Source: the human T2T-CHM13v2.0 reference genome, Homo sapiens
Strand: one strand, 5' to 3'
NCBI RefSeq assembly: GCF_009914755.1
Contig: NC_060926.1
DNA: 64,000 nt
Every line of letters begins with the position of its first letter. The stretch's first letter is position 1. A program made the translations under genes and the position numbers. Shown here piece after piece: positions 1-27,600 of this stretch. Under the pieces are notes generated by a model, which did no database searches, was not told the origin of the DNA, and was given only the letters and a program-made list of their open reading frames with translations.

Positions 1-184
1 GGTCAATGTCAGGTGACTTACTGTTTCAGAAAACATTTCTTTTTGTACCTTTAGACTTTAAAAATTTGAATAGGTAATACATTATCATAGTTCAAGACTC
101 AAACAATAGAACATGATACACACTAAGCAGTCTGACCCCCTCCGCTGCTCCCCTGACCCTCCCATAGTAATCACTTTATATTTA

Positions 185-483
<299 letters not shown>

Positions 484-2125
484 TAGTTTCTTATGTATCC
501 ATCCAGTATTTTTCTATGAAAGCAAATACAAATACTATATATTCTTATTTTAGACCTCCTTTCTTAGGCAAAAGATATACTTTTTCACATAATCTATCTT
601 GGATATCTTTCTGTATTAGTACACAAGGAATTTCTTCATCCCTTTTTAAGGTGACATAGTATTTCATTATGTGGATATCTCATGCTTTGTTTATAAATTT
701 GCTCGTACTTTTGTAAATATTAACAAATCGTCCTCCAAGTAGGGATGTGTTATTTTGGAGTCCTACCAGCAGTATATTTTCCTTCCAGGAAAATAGGCAT
801 ATTCACTGCAGTTTGCAGACGATCAGCTGTTCAAAATTAGAACACACTGGCAGGTGTTCCTGGGAGGTAGAAATGGGAAACAGGTCTAAATGGATGTTAG
901 GGGTTTGTCAAGACTGTCCTTCCAGGAACTGGCAGAATCAGCCATTTGTTCAAGGTGATGTCTGGGTATATGGGTGATATATTGGAGGCAATTATGTTGG
1001 ATTGGTCCTAGGAGAATCCAGTTTTTAACACCAAAACTAAGATCCAGTAAAGTTGGAGTTTTTCTGGACTATGGGTTGGGTGACGTTTCCTTCTGTAATT
1101 TGAATGATAGATTTCATCTCCACAATTGGTAATGTCTCTTTTATAGAAGGTCTTTGGCCTAATTTCTATACTGGAACCGATTCTGATCCTCTCAAAATCT
1201 CTTCAGTAACTGATTAGGAAAGATGAAGTGCCCAGGAAACCACTGTGTTTCATTTTCTTTCAGTTTGTAGGTGTAACTTACCTAGGAAATATAGTCTTAG
1301 GATTTGTGGGTTATTTTAAATTTTTACCCCCCAAAACGTGTTTCTTTTCCTTCTCATTTTCAGCAACTATAAGACTATCATAGCAATGTCAATTTCATAG
1401 AGGCCGTGGATATCTATCGTCAAGTGCTTTAGAAATTCTAAGATAAAATATTTGAGAATTATATTACATAACATGGCCAGTACTTTTTTTTATTTCTTTT
1501 TTTGTCATGTTCTTAGATTTCAAAGACAAAATCATATGGAAGCTCAGGAAACTCATGGGAAATAAATAAATAAATAAATATCATACCGCATGGCTTACTT
1601 ACTTATTTTTGGACCCTGACTTTCTCATCCAGCTTATTGTTTTTTCTGTTTTCTCATCAGTCTTCTTTTTTCTTGTTGATTACATAAGGCATTCATCATT
1701 TCATTGACAGCAAGCTGCAGTAGATTTAAATACAAAAAAAGGAGCTATAGGCTTTCTATCTCACCTCACTAAAGGGCTCAGTTTCCCTCAAATGCTGGCC
1801 TCCAACATACACCTCAACGTACCTCAGTTTGCCATATAGCCCATTTTTCCAAACTTTCACTCCTCCAAGGACCTCAATGCCTCCAGTTCCACCAGACACG
1901 CATTGCTCTAATATTCTAGCTCCTTGTGTGCCCATTTTTTAAATTTGCTCTTCCTCTGGAACAACAGGCCATCCTGGTGCCTACATCATACACAATGCCC
2001 TTTTTTTTTTTTTTTTTTTTTTGCCCAGCTCATTTGCTCTTGTGTAGCCATCAGACCCTTCCTCACCTCATCTCCTGTCCTGGGAGCACCTGCCCAGCTT
2101 GGCCCAGTTATTCAGTTTTGATTGA

Positions 2126-7588
<5,463 letters not shown>

Positions 7589-7823
7589 GCTGAGTCTCCG
7601 CCTTGCTGGGGCTTGTCCTAGAGGCTCCAGCTCTGGCACAGTGGTTCCTGGCTGCTGCCATGTCTCAGATGAGGAGGGAGAGAAGGAGGCCGCCAGACTC
7701 GAGAGGTGGGAGGAACTCCTTGCACACACCCTGAGCTTTTGCCACTTCTATCATTTTTGAGCAACTCCCTCTCAGCTAAAAGGCCACCCCTTTATCGCAT
7801 TGCTGTCCTTGGGTAGAATATAA

Positions 7824-7829
7824 AATAAA
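7824..7829 (+). terminator. CYP27A1 polyadenylation signal
   Basis: AATAAA ~235 nt after the stop, followed by T-rich sequence. Confidence 0.85.
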
Positions 7830-8716
7830 GGGACTTTTATTTCTTATTGGAGACCTTTGTCATTCTTTTTGACTACCCAGCATCTGAGGGAATTCCTCTC
7901 CTCCAGTGAGTCACGGTGAGAGGCACAGCCGCCCCTGTCCTTGGAAACTGAGAACACCTTTTGCTTTCCCAGACCTCACAGAGAGGCCTTGGTTTCACGA
8001 GGCACTGGTTGAGGCCACACCAAGCAGGAACTGCAGTGACTCCCAAGCACTGTGTCAGTCAAGCTGCGGTTGTAGAGAATATAAACCACCCTCTTTGAAC
8101 AGAAAAAGCAGATACAGGCAATGGGGTGCTACAAAAATTATTGGAGGTGCTCGAGACCAGGCTAGAGTTGACCTCCAGCAGGCACTGAGCAGCTTGGGGA
8201 GCACCATGTTGGCCACAATCAGGAGGATGAGAGTCTAGAAGCTATTGCTACAACTATTGGCTCTAGAGCTACTCCATGTCAATGAAGTTCAAGTAGGTCT
8301 GTGCCGGCAAAACAAAACAAAACAGGTCACGCAGGATGACCCCCATCCTGTCTCTCAATACCCATGAAGCCAGCAGTAACTGGACTTGGACCTCTGCAAA
8401 TGCCTCGCGACTGCTCCTGACAGCAGAAAGGGCAGGAGCTTCTACCTCTCTTCCACCTTTCACATCTCTCACATACAGCTGAGAGGAGGAACCTAAGTCC
8501 TGCCTGGAGCACTAGCTGTAAGGGAGCCTAGGGATTATAGCTTTTAACTGTCCAGCCTCCTTGCAACAAGAAGCCCACTTGAAGGAAAGTGGGTTGCCAT
8601 TGAGAGCCGCCAGTGCATCACAGCACTAGCCTGGAAATTCAGAGTCCAAGCCCCAGCAGTAAATTTTGGTGGAGTCATAGAAAAAAATGAAGTTCACTTT
8701 CTTTTTTAAAAATTAA

Positions 8717-9008
<292 letters not shown>

Positions 9009-9084
9009 AAAGTTCACTTTCTCAGGCCTGTGGGAATGATAGGGTTTGAACTCATTTAAAAAATTGTGTCATTGCCCGGATTAA

Positions 9085-9580
9085 AATACTCCACAACTGC
9101 CCTCAGCCCTCAGGTCAAGTTCAAAGTTGTTACTGTGGCTCATAAGACCTACCGTGCCCTGGCACCCTGCACCCTGACCGTGGTCACCCTTTCACAGCTG
9201 AGCCTGAATTCTTTGCATGTCTCTGAACACATTATGTTCTTTCCAGCCTCAATACTTTGTACCTCCTGTCCCCACTCTTGGAACACCCTCTTCCCTAACT
9301 GTCATGTCATCACAGAGAGCTTGCTCTTTCTTAGGATTCAGCTCAAATGTCACTGCCTCTGCAGGGCCCTCCCTGACCTCTCTGAGCAATCCTGTGCCCC
9401 ACCTTCCCCTCCTCTGCTTACAGAGCTGAGCTGTCAGCATGCTCACCTTGTTAGAGATCCAGCTCTCTCCCCAACCAACTGTGAATCCCCTGAAGGCCAC
9501 AAGTCAGGCTTCTTTAATGTTGGATCCCAGTGTCTAACTGTGTCTAGCACCTAGGAGGTGCTTAGTAAATGTTTCCTGAA
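9085..9580 (+). mobile_element. L2 3' fragment
   Basis: CTCAAATGTCAC...TCTAGCACCTAGGAGGTGCTTAGTAAATGTT resembles an L2 3' end. Confidence 0.6.
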
Positions 9581-9661
9581 AAAGAGATCAGAATAAGGGG
9601 AAGGGAAGAGAAGGGAAGGGGAGAGGAGGACACAGAGTTTTCTACATTGAGAAGGGGAACC

Positions 9662-9972
<311 letters not shown>

Positions 9973-10319
9973 TTACTGGTTATACAGATATGGCTCTCAA
10001 CCCCTCCTGTGTAGTAGATCTACCTGTGAGAGCTCCTTGCAAATGCTGGGGCTGGGCTCCAAGGCTGCCAGGATCTGTGTCATAAAGTCAACCAGAGTGG
10101 AATTCTGCTTTCCCCAGTGTGCTGCTCCTTCAAACCAGCAGGGCTGAGCTGCCAAAATAACATGGGTCCCTTAGTTACTTTGGAGGTGCTTAGGTGAGGG
10201 GAAGTCTGTGATGAGACTTGGATTGGGGTTTTGTAGCAGTTGTGCAAGATGATGTCAGTGTTCATGGTCTTGCAGCTCAGTTAATGAACTGATCTCACAT
10301 GGAAGTCCAGGAAGACTTT

Positions 10320-11020
10320 GTATATCCACACAATGAAATATTATTCACCCATAAGAAAGGAATGAAGTGCTGCTTCATGCTACACTATGGATGAACCTTG
10401 AAAATCTTAGGCAGATGGAAAGAAGCCAACAAAAAGTCCACATATTGTGTGATTCCATGCATACAAAATGTCCAGAATAGGCAAATCTATAGAGACAGAA
10501 AGTAGATTATTGGTTGCCAAGGGTGGAGGTACGGGAGAATGGGGAGTGACTGTTAATGGGTTTGTTTTGGGGGTGATGAGATGTTCTGGAATTAGATAGT
10601 GGTCATCACTAACTTTGCTTAACTTTTTTAATATACTAAATATCACCGAATTGTATATTTTGGTTTTTGTTTGTTTGTTTTTTTGAGGTGGCGCCTCAAT
10701 TGGTCGCCCAGGGTGGAGCGCAGTGGTGCAATCTCGGCTCACTGCAACCTCCACCTCCTGGGTTCAAGTAAAATCTCCCACATCAGTCTCCTGAGTAGCT
10801 GAGATTACAGGTATGTGCCACTGCTGCTGGTTAATTTTTTTATTTTTAGTAGAGACGAAGTTTCACCATGCTGGCCAAACTGGTCTTGAACACCTGACCT
10901 CAAGTGATCCACCAGCCTTGGCCTCCCAAAGTGCGGGATTACAGGTATGAGTCACCACACTGGCCTGAATTGTATATTTTGGAAGGGTGAATTGTATGGC
11001 ATATTAGTTATATCTCAAGT
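10320..11020 (+). mobile_element. L1M 3' end interrupted by an antisense Alu (10664-10966)
   Basis: L1M 3'UTR motifs; Alu TSD GAATTGTATATTTTGG at 10648-10663 and 10967-10982. Confidence 0.8.
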
Positions 11021-12032
11021 GAAAGAAATCTGTGAAGATCAGTTTGATAAGATTATTGTAGAAATAGATGTCAATGTAATCAATACTTGCAGAAGATTCT
11101 TGGGGGTCACCAATGTCCTAGAGGCACCACAGGAATTTCTAAGGCAACACTGCTCTGTCATGTATCTACAGGGCCTAAAATCCAACCTCAAATTGGAAAC
11201 TGGAAATGCAGAGGAGAAAGGAGCTAAGCTGATGGGCGAAGTCACGAAGTCCTTGTGAGGCTGTTTCCTTACCCTTTGATGAGGTGTAGTCACAGCTTCA
11301 GAGGCTCCCCGCAAAGTTTTTGTCATCAGTGATGGAACACAAGATGTAAGAGCTGAAGAGTTATGAACACAAATGTGAAACCTTGCCTACTGGAGCTGCC
11401 ACTAGAAAGCCCGCCAACATGGCATTGGGACGAATATAATCAAAGTCTCCCACCCCTAAACAGAGAAAAACAAAATATAGCATATGGCCAAAGTGATTTA
11501 TCTTTATACTTTTTTTAATCTTTAAAAGATATTTATTGCCCTATAATATACCTACAGAAAAATGCACTGACCCTCAGTGTACATGAGATTCTTTCATAAA
11601 TTTCATGTGTACATGCGTACTTCAAGTGTACGTGAAATGACCTCTGTTTATATTCCATCACAATGCCTGGACAAGACTTACTTAATATAAGTGAAAAAAT
11701 CACTTTCTTTGACAGTGATTCATTCAGATACGTATGTAGTATCTCTACGATGAATGTGGTCATAGTCTCAGTTCCTTTCCCAGCAGTTTTTTCTCTGGAG
11801 GGAGAAACACATCAGCCCTGGTTTGAGGGTTGGCACAGAATTCATCAGTGGCCAGTGATGGGGCACAGTTCCAGGCCCCGAGACTCTCAGGAGCTCAGGG
11901 CCCCCAAGCATCACCATGAACAGATGCCACAGTGAGGCTCCCCGAGAGCCAACCCCAACCTTCCTCTATAAAGAAAGAACAACAGCGGATTAAGGATTGT
12001 TGGTTCCGCACAGCAGATAGACATTTGGCTGA

Positions 12033-12747
<715 letters not shown>

Positions 12748-14964
12748 CAAGGCGGCACTCTTGTAAATAAAAATAGACAGGGTACCCAGTGTTGCCTGGC
12801 TATCTACATGCCCAGGTTCTATAAAAGTTTTAGCTCTGAGTGCATTTTGGCTTGGTAATAGGAGTTTGTTTCCAGGTCATTATTTATGACTCCAGTTTTA
12901 ATATGCATATCAAATAAAAACTTGGGCAATTGTCATGAAAGGAACATGCAGGATATTTTAATGAACACTTCTGCATTTAAGGAGGTCTGGGAGAAGGGTG
13001 GTGAGAATGGTAATGAGTCATACATCTATGTTGCGCCACTACCCTTAGCCATTGCTTTTCGGAGACCCTAGGCCTAATTAAATAATAGCTAGACTCCATC
13101 ATATGACAAATGATTGACTAGCTATGAGCATGGGGCATCCTCATTTCTCAGCCCAGTCTCATGTTCATCATGTGCTATTAGTCATAAGTCTCTAGCATTT
13201 ATAGAAAATAAACACAGTTGCTCAGTTCCCACCCCCAAATGAGGAAATTAGTATGGAATGGAGCCCTGGAATCTGCATTTTGTAAGGCTTCTTTGGTGAT
13301 CCTGATGCACATCCATGGTGGAGAGCTCTGAAGGGGTTGTGAGAAGAGAGACGGGAAAGCGAAGGAAGCTACAGAAACCCAGAGAGGCCCGCAGAGGTCT
13401 GAGGAGGGGCTGGGGGCACGGAGGCAGCAGTGCCTGGAAAACCAGTCCCGCCCCAAGTTCACATGCAGGAACAGAGTGGGCGGCACAGCGGGCTGCACAC
13501 AGGGCACGTCTTCGATTCAGAGCTGGAGTGGAAGAAGCAGCCGCCGCAGCCCCGGTGGAAACTCCGTGACTCTTTTCTAGCAGCCATCATGGCTGCAAGG
13601 GCCGGGCTGTGACCAAAGGAGGGGTCTGAGGCAGGGAGGGTGGCATGTGCCCTTACAGAGAAGGTCCCACAGAGCAGAGCCACCCAGAGGCACAGCCTCA
13701 AAGGACTGACCTGTTACAAGATCCCAGAGCCCTAGGCTCCCCAGGAACACTGTCACTGGAGAGATCCTCTCTGGGCCCAGACCCAACCATCACCCAACTC
13801 CAATCCTCTCCCTTGAGCCCAAGACCCTGGACCTTCCCTGGGCGGGACCACAGCAGAGCCAGCACTGACCCTCAGGTTTTGGCAAAATGTCTAGTGAGGG
13901 AACATCTTCATTTATGGTCCAACCAATTCAGTACAAAGCCTCTGCCTTCTCGCTCTGTGAGGTAAGGGGAAGGGGTCATGTTTTAGAGACAGTAATCTCC
14001 CCCTTCTCTGGACAGCCAGACATGTGGTGCCCGTTGCCACAGGGAAGGTGACATAGCAGAAGCGAGCCTTGGCTTTGGAATTTTAAAAGCTTGATTCTGA
14101 AGGTGGGTGGCAAGAACTCAGGACACTTACAGTGCATTTGGAAGAATATATGATGGGTTAAAGAATAAAAGCCTCCTCTCTCCCCCACTGGTCAAGATTC
14201 CATAGGTTGGCAGGGCTTGGGGAGCAAGGCGAATGTTGACATTTCTGGAATTCTTGAGAAAAGGACCCTGAGAAGGAGGTTGCGGCTAAAGAGGGGGAAA
14301 GTATGACAAATACTCCATATAGGTTTGGAGGTGATAAGTGTAGGCAAGCACTGGGTAGAAGAACCCACACGCTTCCTGGGTAGAGCCTGGGAAAACAGCA
14401 AGCCACAGAGCGGAACAAGGGACTGGGCTGTCTATCTTAGCAGTTGGCCTGGAACAGAATTACTGAGCTTCCTGAAGCCAGAGGGTGTGCAGGGCCAGGA
14501 GCTAGAATCTTCCACATGCTCCAAGCCACAGGTCCCCAAATAGGCTTTGTGGAAGTGAAGGAGCCCCTGGCAGACCTTGCATGACCAACTGATGACCAGA
14601 TGGGGAGGGGATGTCCAGGCAGGTGCGAGCATGGACGGATGATGATAGCCGAGGAACAGAGTCTTACATGACTTAAAGCCACACCCCCACCCGACCGAGC
14701 TTAACCCCAGGAAAAGGTCAGGGGGAGACTTTGAATTGACTGAGATTAATTTCTACCACCTGCTGAAACGGGGTTCCTAATAGAAATTACATTCTGTGTT
14801 AGAAAAATAAAGTTATGCTTCTTGCAGATTAGAGTTTGTAGGCTGAGTTGTACCTACTATATAAGTAATGAATTAATTTTTTCTTTATGATTTTGTAAAG
14901 AAAAGAGAAGAAAGAAATTTCAGTAGAATAGCGCTACATTGCAAGAGAAACGGCACTTGTGATT

Positions 14965-14970
14965 TTTATC
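14965..14970 (-). terminator. Probable non-canonical PRKAG3 poly(A) signal GATAAA
   Basis: GATAAA on the minus strand with a U-rich downstream element (~14897-14918); I saw no minus-strand AATAAA nearby. Confidence 0.5.
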
Positions 14971-15647
14971 CATTTTCCTTCTAGTCTTTGAATTTAGAAA
15001 GCACAAGTCTCTTGCCACAAGTTCAGGTCAAATGACTGCAGCATTTTGAGTGAAACCAATAAAATCTAAGTTCATGGATTGTTCCTTTTGTTTTGTTTTC
15101 TCAATTGCTCATTCTCAGGGGTCCATATACAAGGCCATCCATCCCTGGAGACTAAGAACATGGCTCACTGCGAGAGCTAAGGAGTTTTCTGGACAAGAAT
15201 GGAGGGAGGACTCCCCACCTCCAACAGGCAGTTCTATAAATAACGGCTGCTCCATGGTGGCCCCTGAAATGCAGCATTTCAGCAGCCTTGAAATGACAAA
15301 GCCTGGAGAGTAGGAGGGCAGTGGCGACGTTGCTGGGAACAACAGCTGGGACTCCCAGGAGCTGAAGGCTGAAGCCATAGGTAGCCCAGAAACCGAGGAA
15401 TCCAGAAGCCCTGACTAAACCCACTGGGGCCATCCGACCCAGTCAGGCGGCAAGGGGATGGGCGGGCATGGAGCACAGATGGCCCTGGGGTAATCCTAGT
15501 GCCTCTGGTTCAGGGACCTCCAAGCTTGACTCAGCTGTTCTCCTTAATTTCATCATCCCATGGTGCACTGGGCATGCCCGAGGGCTTCTGGGAGCACAGG
15601 TAGGGCAAGGGCAATTTGGGAGGGCTGAAGAAGCCTGTGGGGAAAAG

Positions 15648-15712
15648 AAAAGGGAAGATGGTGACCACATAGGAGGGACAGCGGCCTTTCCAACAGGGGA
15701 CCCTTGCCAGCC
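15648..15712 (+). ncRNA. MIR9500: microRNA precursor mir-9500 (mature ~15650-15668, AAGGGAAGATGGTGACCAC)
   Basis: Matches my recollection of hsa-mir-9500, which lies at PRKAG3; not verified against miRBase, and the hairpin looks weak. Confidence 0.7.
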
Positions 15713-16319
15713 ATGGTGAGTAGATGGAATCTGTGCCCATCCTCTGCAAGCCCCTAGCAAACGTGTGACCAGGAAAGAGTCTGAGATCATGTCACATTTC
15801 CTGAGATGAGCACGTAGGTAGAAGCTCCTTCCTTTAAGCTTTAGTTCTTACTGGGGATGGAAATTCCATCCAACAAATGTTGATATAGCTTGCTTCCTTC
15901 TAAGGGGATTTCCAGCAGGTGGAAATTGAATTGTGAGGGAACAAGTAAATCTTCCCAGAGTGTCTGAAGTCACATCGCAGCCTTAGCTTTTAGCCGGGGC
16001 TTTGTCCCTCCCTTCTAGGACAGTCTCCATGACCTCAGCTGAAAATGGGACAAAGTGGGGACCTGTGAGTCCTTACACTTGCAGTTTTCACAGGGCTGCT
16101 CAGCTTTGAGCTTGGCCACTCCCATCCTCAGGGTGTCCCAATCTGAGATCCAGGAAATCAGGAAGACTAAGAGGCTGGTGTCATGGCCCAGGGCAGAGCC
16201 TACCTGAATCATAGCTGAACCAGCAAATGGGGGTGGGGGAAGATGAAGGCTGAGTTCTCCAGTTCCCTTCATTGGCTTCCAGGTGTGCAGGTGGCTTGGG
16301 ATTGAGGACTCAGATCTTC

Positions 16320-24330
<8,011 letters not shown>

Positions 24331-24600
24331 GTGGCCAGCCCCAGACCAACTGAGAGCAAGTGTGCGACACTGTGGCTGGGCTGCACTATTCTGGGCCCGG
24401 CCCCGGGCACCCTGCCCTGCCAGGATCGGTTTCTCTCTGATTGGGTGTCAGGCAATGAGAGGGAGGGGCCCCCATTTGCTCAGCTGCTACAGCCCTGAAG
24501 GCTGGGGGTTGCTGGGAGGGAAGGGGCGCACCGGATAATCTGGGTACTTGGTCCTCAGCTGCCTCCTGGGTCACTGAGGACAAGCTAGAGGGACCCTTTT
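24331..24600 (-). promoter_or_regulatory. PRKAG3 5'UTR and proximal promoter
   Basis: CCAAT box (~24440-24444, minus strand) and CAGCTG E-boxes at 24481 and 24556 upstream of the ATG. Confidence 0.55.
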
Positions 24601-27600
24601 TGAGGGGATGTGGCTTGGAGCATGTGGGAACATGGTCATTGAGCAGAGTTGGGCTCTCAGAGTCCTGAGCCCCTATTCCAAGAGCCTCCCTCATCTTTAT
24701 CAGGCACCAAAGAAGGGAACATGGAGGCAGATCAGCATAACTTTCTTCCTTGTTCTAATTTCAGTAGAGGGTGGTGCTGGAGTTAGAAAGGGCAAGTTGC
24801 AGCCAGCTCAGAGGCTGGAGATGAGGCAAGGGGTTTGTGGGTAGTCCAGGAGAGCAGCTAGTGTATGTCCAGATGTCCAGATTTGAGTCCCTGGAGTGTG
24901 TCCCTCTCTCAGGTGAAGGAGATGGAGTGGGTGTTTCAGGCAGGTGAAGAGCTGTGAGAATCACCTCGAAGGCGTGGGGAGCACTCAGAGCTCCCCGCAG
25001 GGGAAGAGACATCTGTTTCCACCTGTGGTTGGGAGATATGCCTGGGTGTGCAGGTGTCCCAGCCCCCAACCCTCTGTGAGTGCTGTGCCTACATCCCTGG
25101 TGCCAACAGGATCCCAGCCTGGCTCCAGTAGCTGCCACCCTCTTCCTTGGCATTCCCGGAGCCTGAGTCAATGTCCGGATTGGGAATGCTGACCCAGCTG
25201 CTCCGGCTTTCCTCTCTCTGCCCCTCCCTTTCTCTCCTCCTTCCAGCCTCTTCCATCCCAGCCCTGGCCCTGGAGTGGACACTCAACAACAGACTGGTGA
25301 ATTTCTGTCTGAGTTTATTACATGTGTTTTCCATCAACCCTCAATGTTCCTACTCTGCCAATGGGGAGGGTGGAGGAGAATGGAGTTGGGAGGACAGCCT
25401 TGGCCAGGGCTGTTCCTGTGGTCCCCAGCCTTTCTCAAGGACATCTGCTCACTGGACAGTGGGAACTGGCTCAGAGGACAGAGATCAGTGTAAGAGAATT
25501 TCCTTCACACCAAGCATGTTTTTTCAAATGGACTCAAGATAGCCACCACCAGTTTGAGAGAAAGGAGAGTAGGAAGAACACCAAGTCCAGAGTGTTCAAG
25601 CATAAAAATAAGGTCTACATGAGGCCATTGGCTGTGGTTACTCAAACATGGAGCCACTCAGAAGGCTTCTAAGATTGTGAGGGTGTTGTATTGGCAAAGA
25701 AACCATAAGCCTGATCAGCAAAGCCTGGTTTGACACCCCTTCCCTTGCCTTATTCCCAGCCCTCCAAATCCGCACCAGCAGGAAGAGGGCTGTGAAGGCT
25801 GGAAGGACTGCAGAAAGCACAAGTTTGCCAGTGTGGGACAAAGGATATTGGATAAACAACAGCTTCCCAGCAGGAAAAGCCAGAGGCTACATAGGAGAGT
25901 GGAAAGGGGAGATCTTCCCAGAGAGCAGAACCAGGGGTGGTCAAATGTGCTGACCAAGAACTTACTCCACTGCCAGGAAAGGGCTTAGCCATTCCTGCCC
26001 AACCAGATTTGATAATTAAGATCCAGCAGCTGCTGGGTGTTTGCCATTCTTTCAGTTGCAAGTGGATTTTTTTTTTTGAGACAGTGTCTCACTATGTTGT
26101 CCACGCTAGTCTCAAACTCCTGGGCTCAATGATCCTCCTATCTCAGTAGCTGGGACTATAGGCGCGTAGCAGTGTGCTCAGCATGAGTCAGTGTTTTAAT
26201 TGAGCTTACCCTCTTCTTCCTCCACTGTTGTCTGTGGGGAGTAGGAGGTGCAAATCACCTGCCTGTTAGTTTTTAGGTCACCAGACCATAGGGTGTCCAT
26301 CTACCTGGAAGAAGGAACTGCCCACCCCTCAGATAGCCTGGACTCTCAGCTGGGTGCCGTACTCAGATGGAACTCTGACTTGCCTCCTTTTGAAGGGCAG
26401 TAACTGTGTTTTTTGTGTGGGATGGCCAGATGGGTGAGCTCTAGTAGAGCAATATCTCTTCTACCCTTCTTCTGCTGTTAGTAAACCACTACAATTTTAA
26501 CTGAATGCAAGATTATATTTCACAGCTTCTTTTGCAGATAGTATGGCCATATGACTAAGTTTGACCATGAAATTTGAGCAGCAATGTTATATACATATAT
26601 ATTATATGATAGAAGGGTACCCCTAGGAGGAAAGGGAACCCTTTCTTACTGGCTAGAATTACAATACGATGATGGGAGCCGGAGCAGCAAACTGAACCCA
26701 ACGATGGAAAATGCAGTTTGAAAATGATAGAACATCCCCCACCCCTGTCCTGGTCTGCCTACCTCTGGATTGTTATGTTAGAGATAAATAAATTTCTGTC
26801 TTGTTTAAACGATCGACAAATTGAACCTTTGTTATAGCAGCCAAGCCTCTCTCTAACTAATACATCTACGTTGCAGGATTGAGGTAGGATTAGGAATTAC
26901 ATATGTAGATAATGACCCTGCATGTTCGTGCAGTGCTTAGTGTCTACTACACACTGTGCAAAACACATTATATGCCATGTCCTGTGTAATCCCTTGCAAC
27001 CCTGTGAGGGAAATACTTTGACTATTACAATTTTACAGATGACAAAACCAAGGCATAAATAGATTAAGTAACTTGATCAAAATCTCAAAGCTAGTGGGAT
27101 GGAGCCAAGAATCAAACCCAGACTCAGGCACCACATTTATAACCACTAAGCTTTATGGAAGACACAGACCTGCCCCCTCTATACCTCCAACCATGAGGCT
27201 TTGAAGGCAGGCAGGCAGGCAGGCAGGCACGGGAGGGCTCTGACCCTTCAGTAGCCATCTCCTGCTGCTGTCAAGGTTGGGGTGGAGGAGGACTCCAGCT
27301 GGGGGTACACACCAGCACTGCTCAACACTAAAAGCATAGCAACTTCACAGTTTTCAAGAAGAGCTCTGCCTTGCCCCTTCTCTCACCCTACACCTGCCTT
27401 TCGCCTCTCAGATCTCCACCCTGCTCTGACCACAAGCCTGCCTCCACTCATCGTCTGGCAGGGCAAATCAGCAGGAGGTACTGGCTTCAGTTGGGTAATA
27501 AATACTCCTCGGGTGATTGATTTTAGCCTCTGGCCATGGCATCATATTTCTGGAAACCCTACTTCTTGGCTCACTCGCAGACTGGGTATATAATAAGGAC

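Noticed and set aside
780-1300. AT-rich intronic sequence that might be a nested pseudogene
   Set aside because: Multiple stops in the frames I tried and no recognisable homology.
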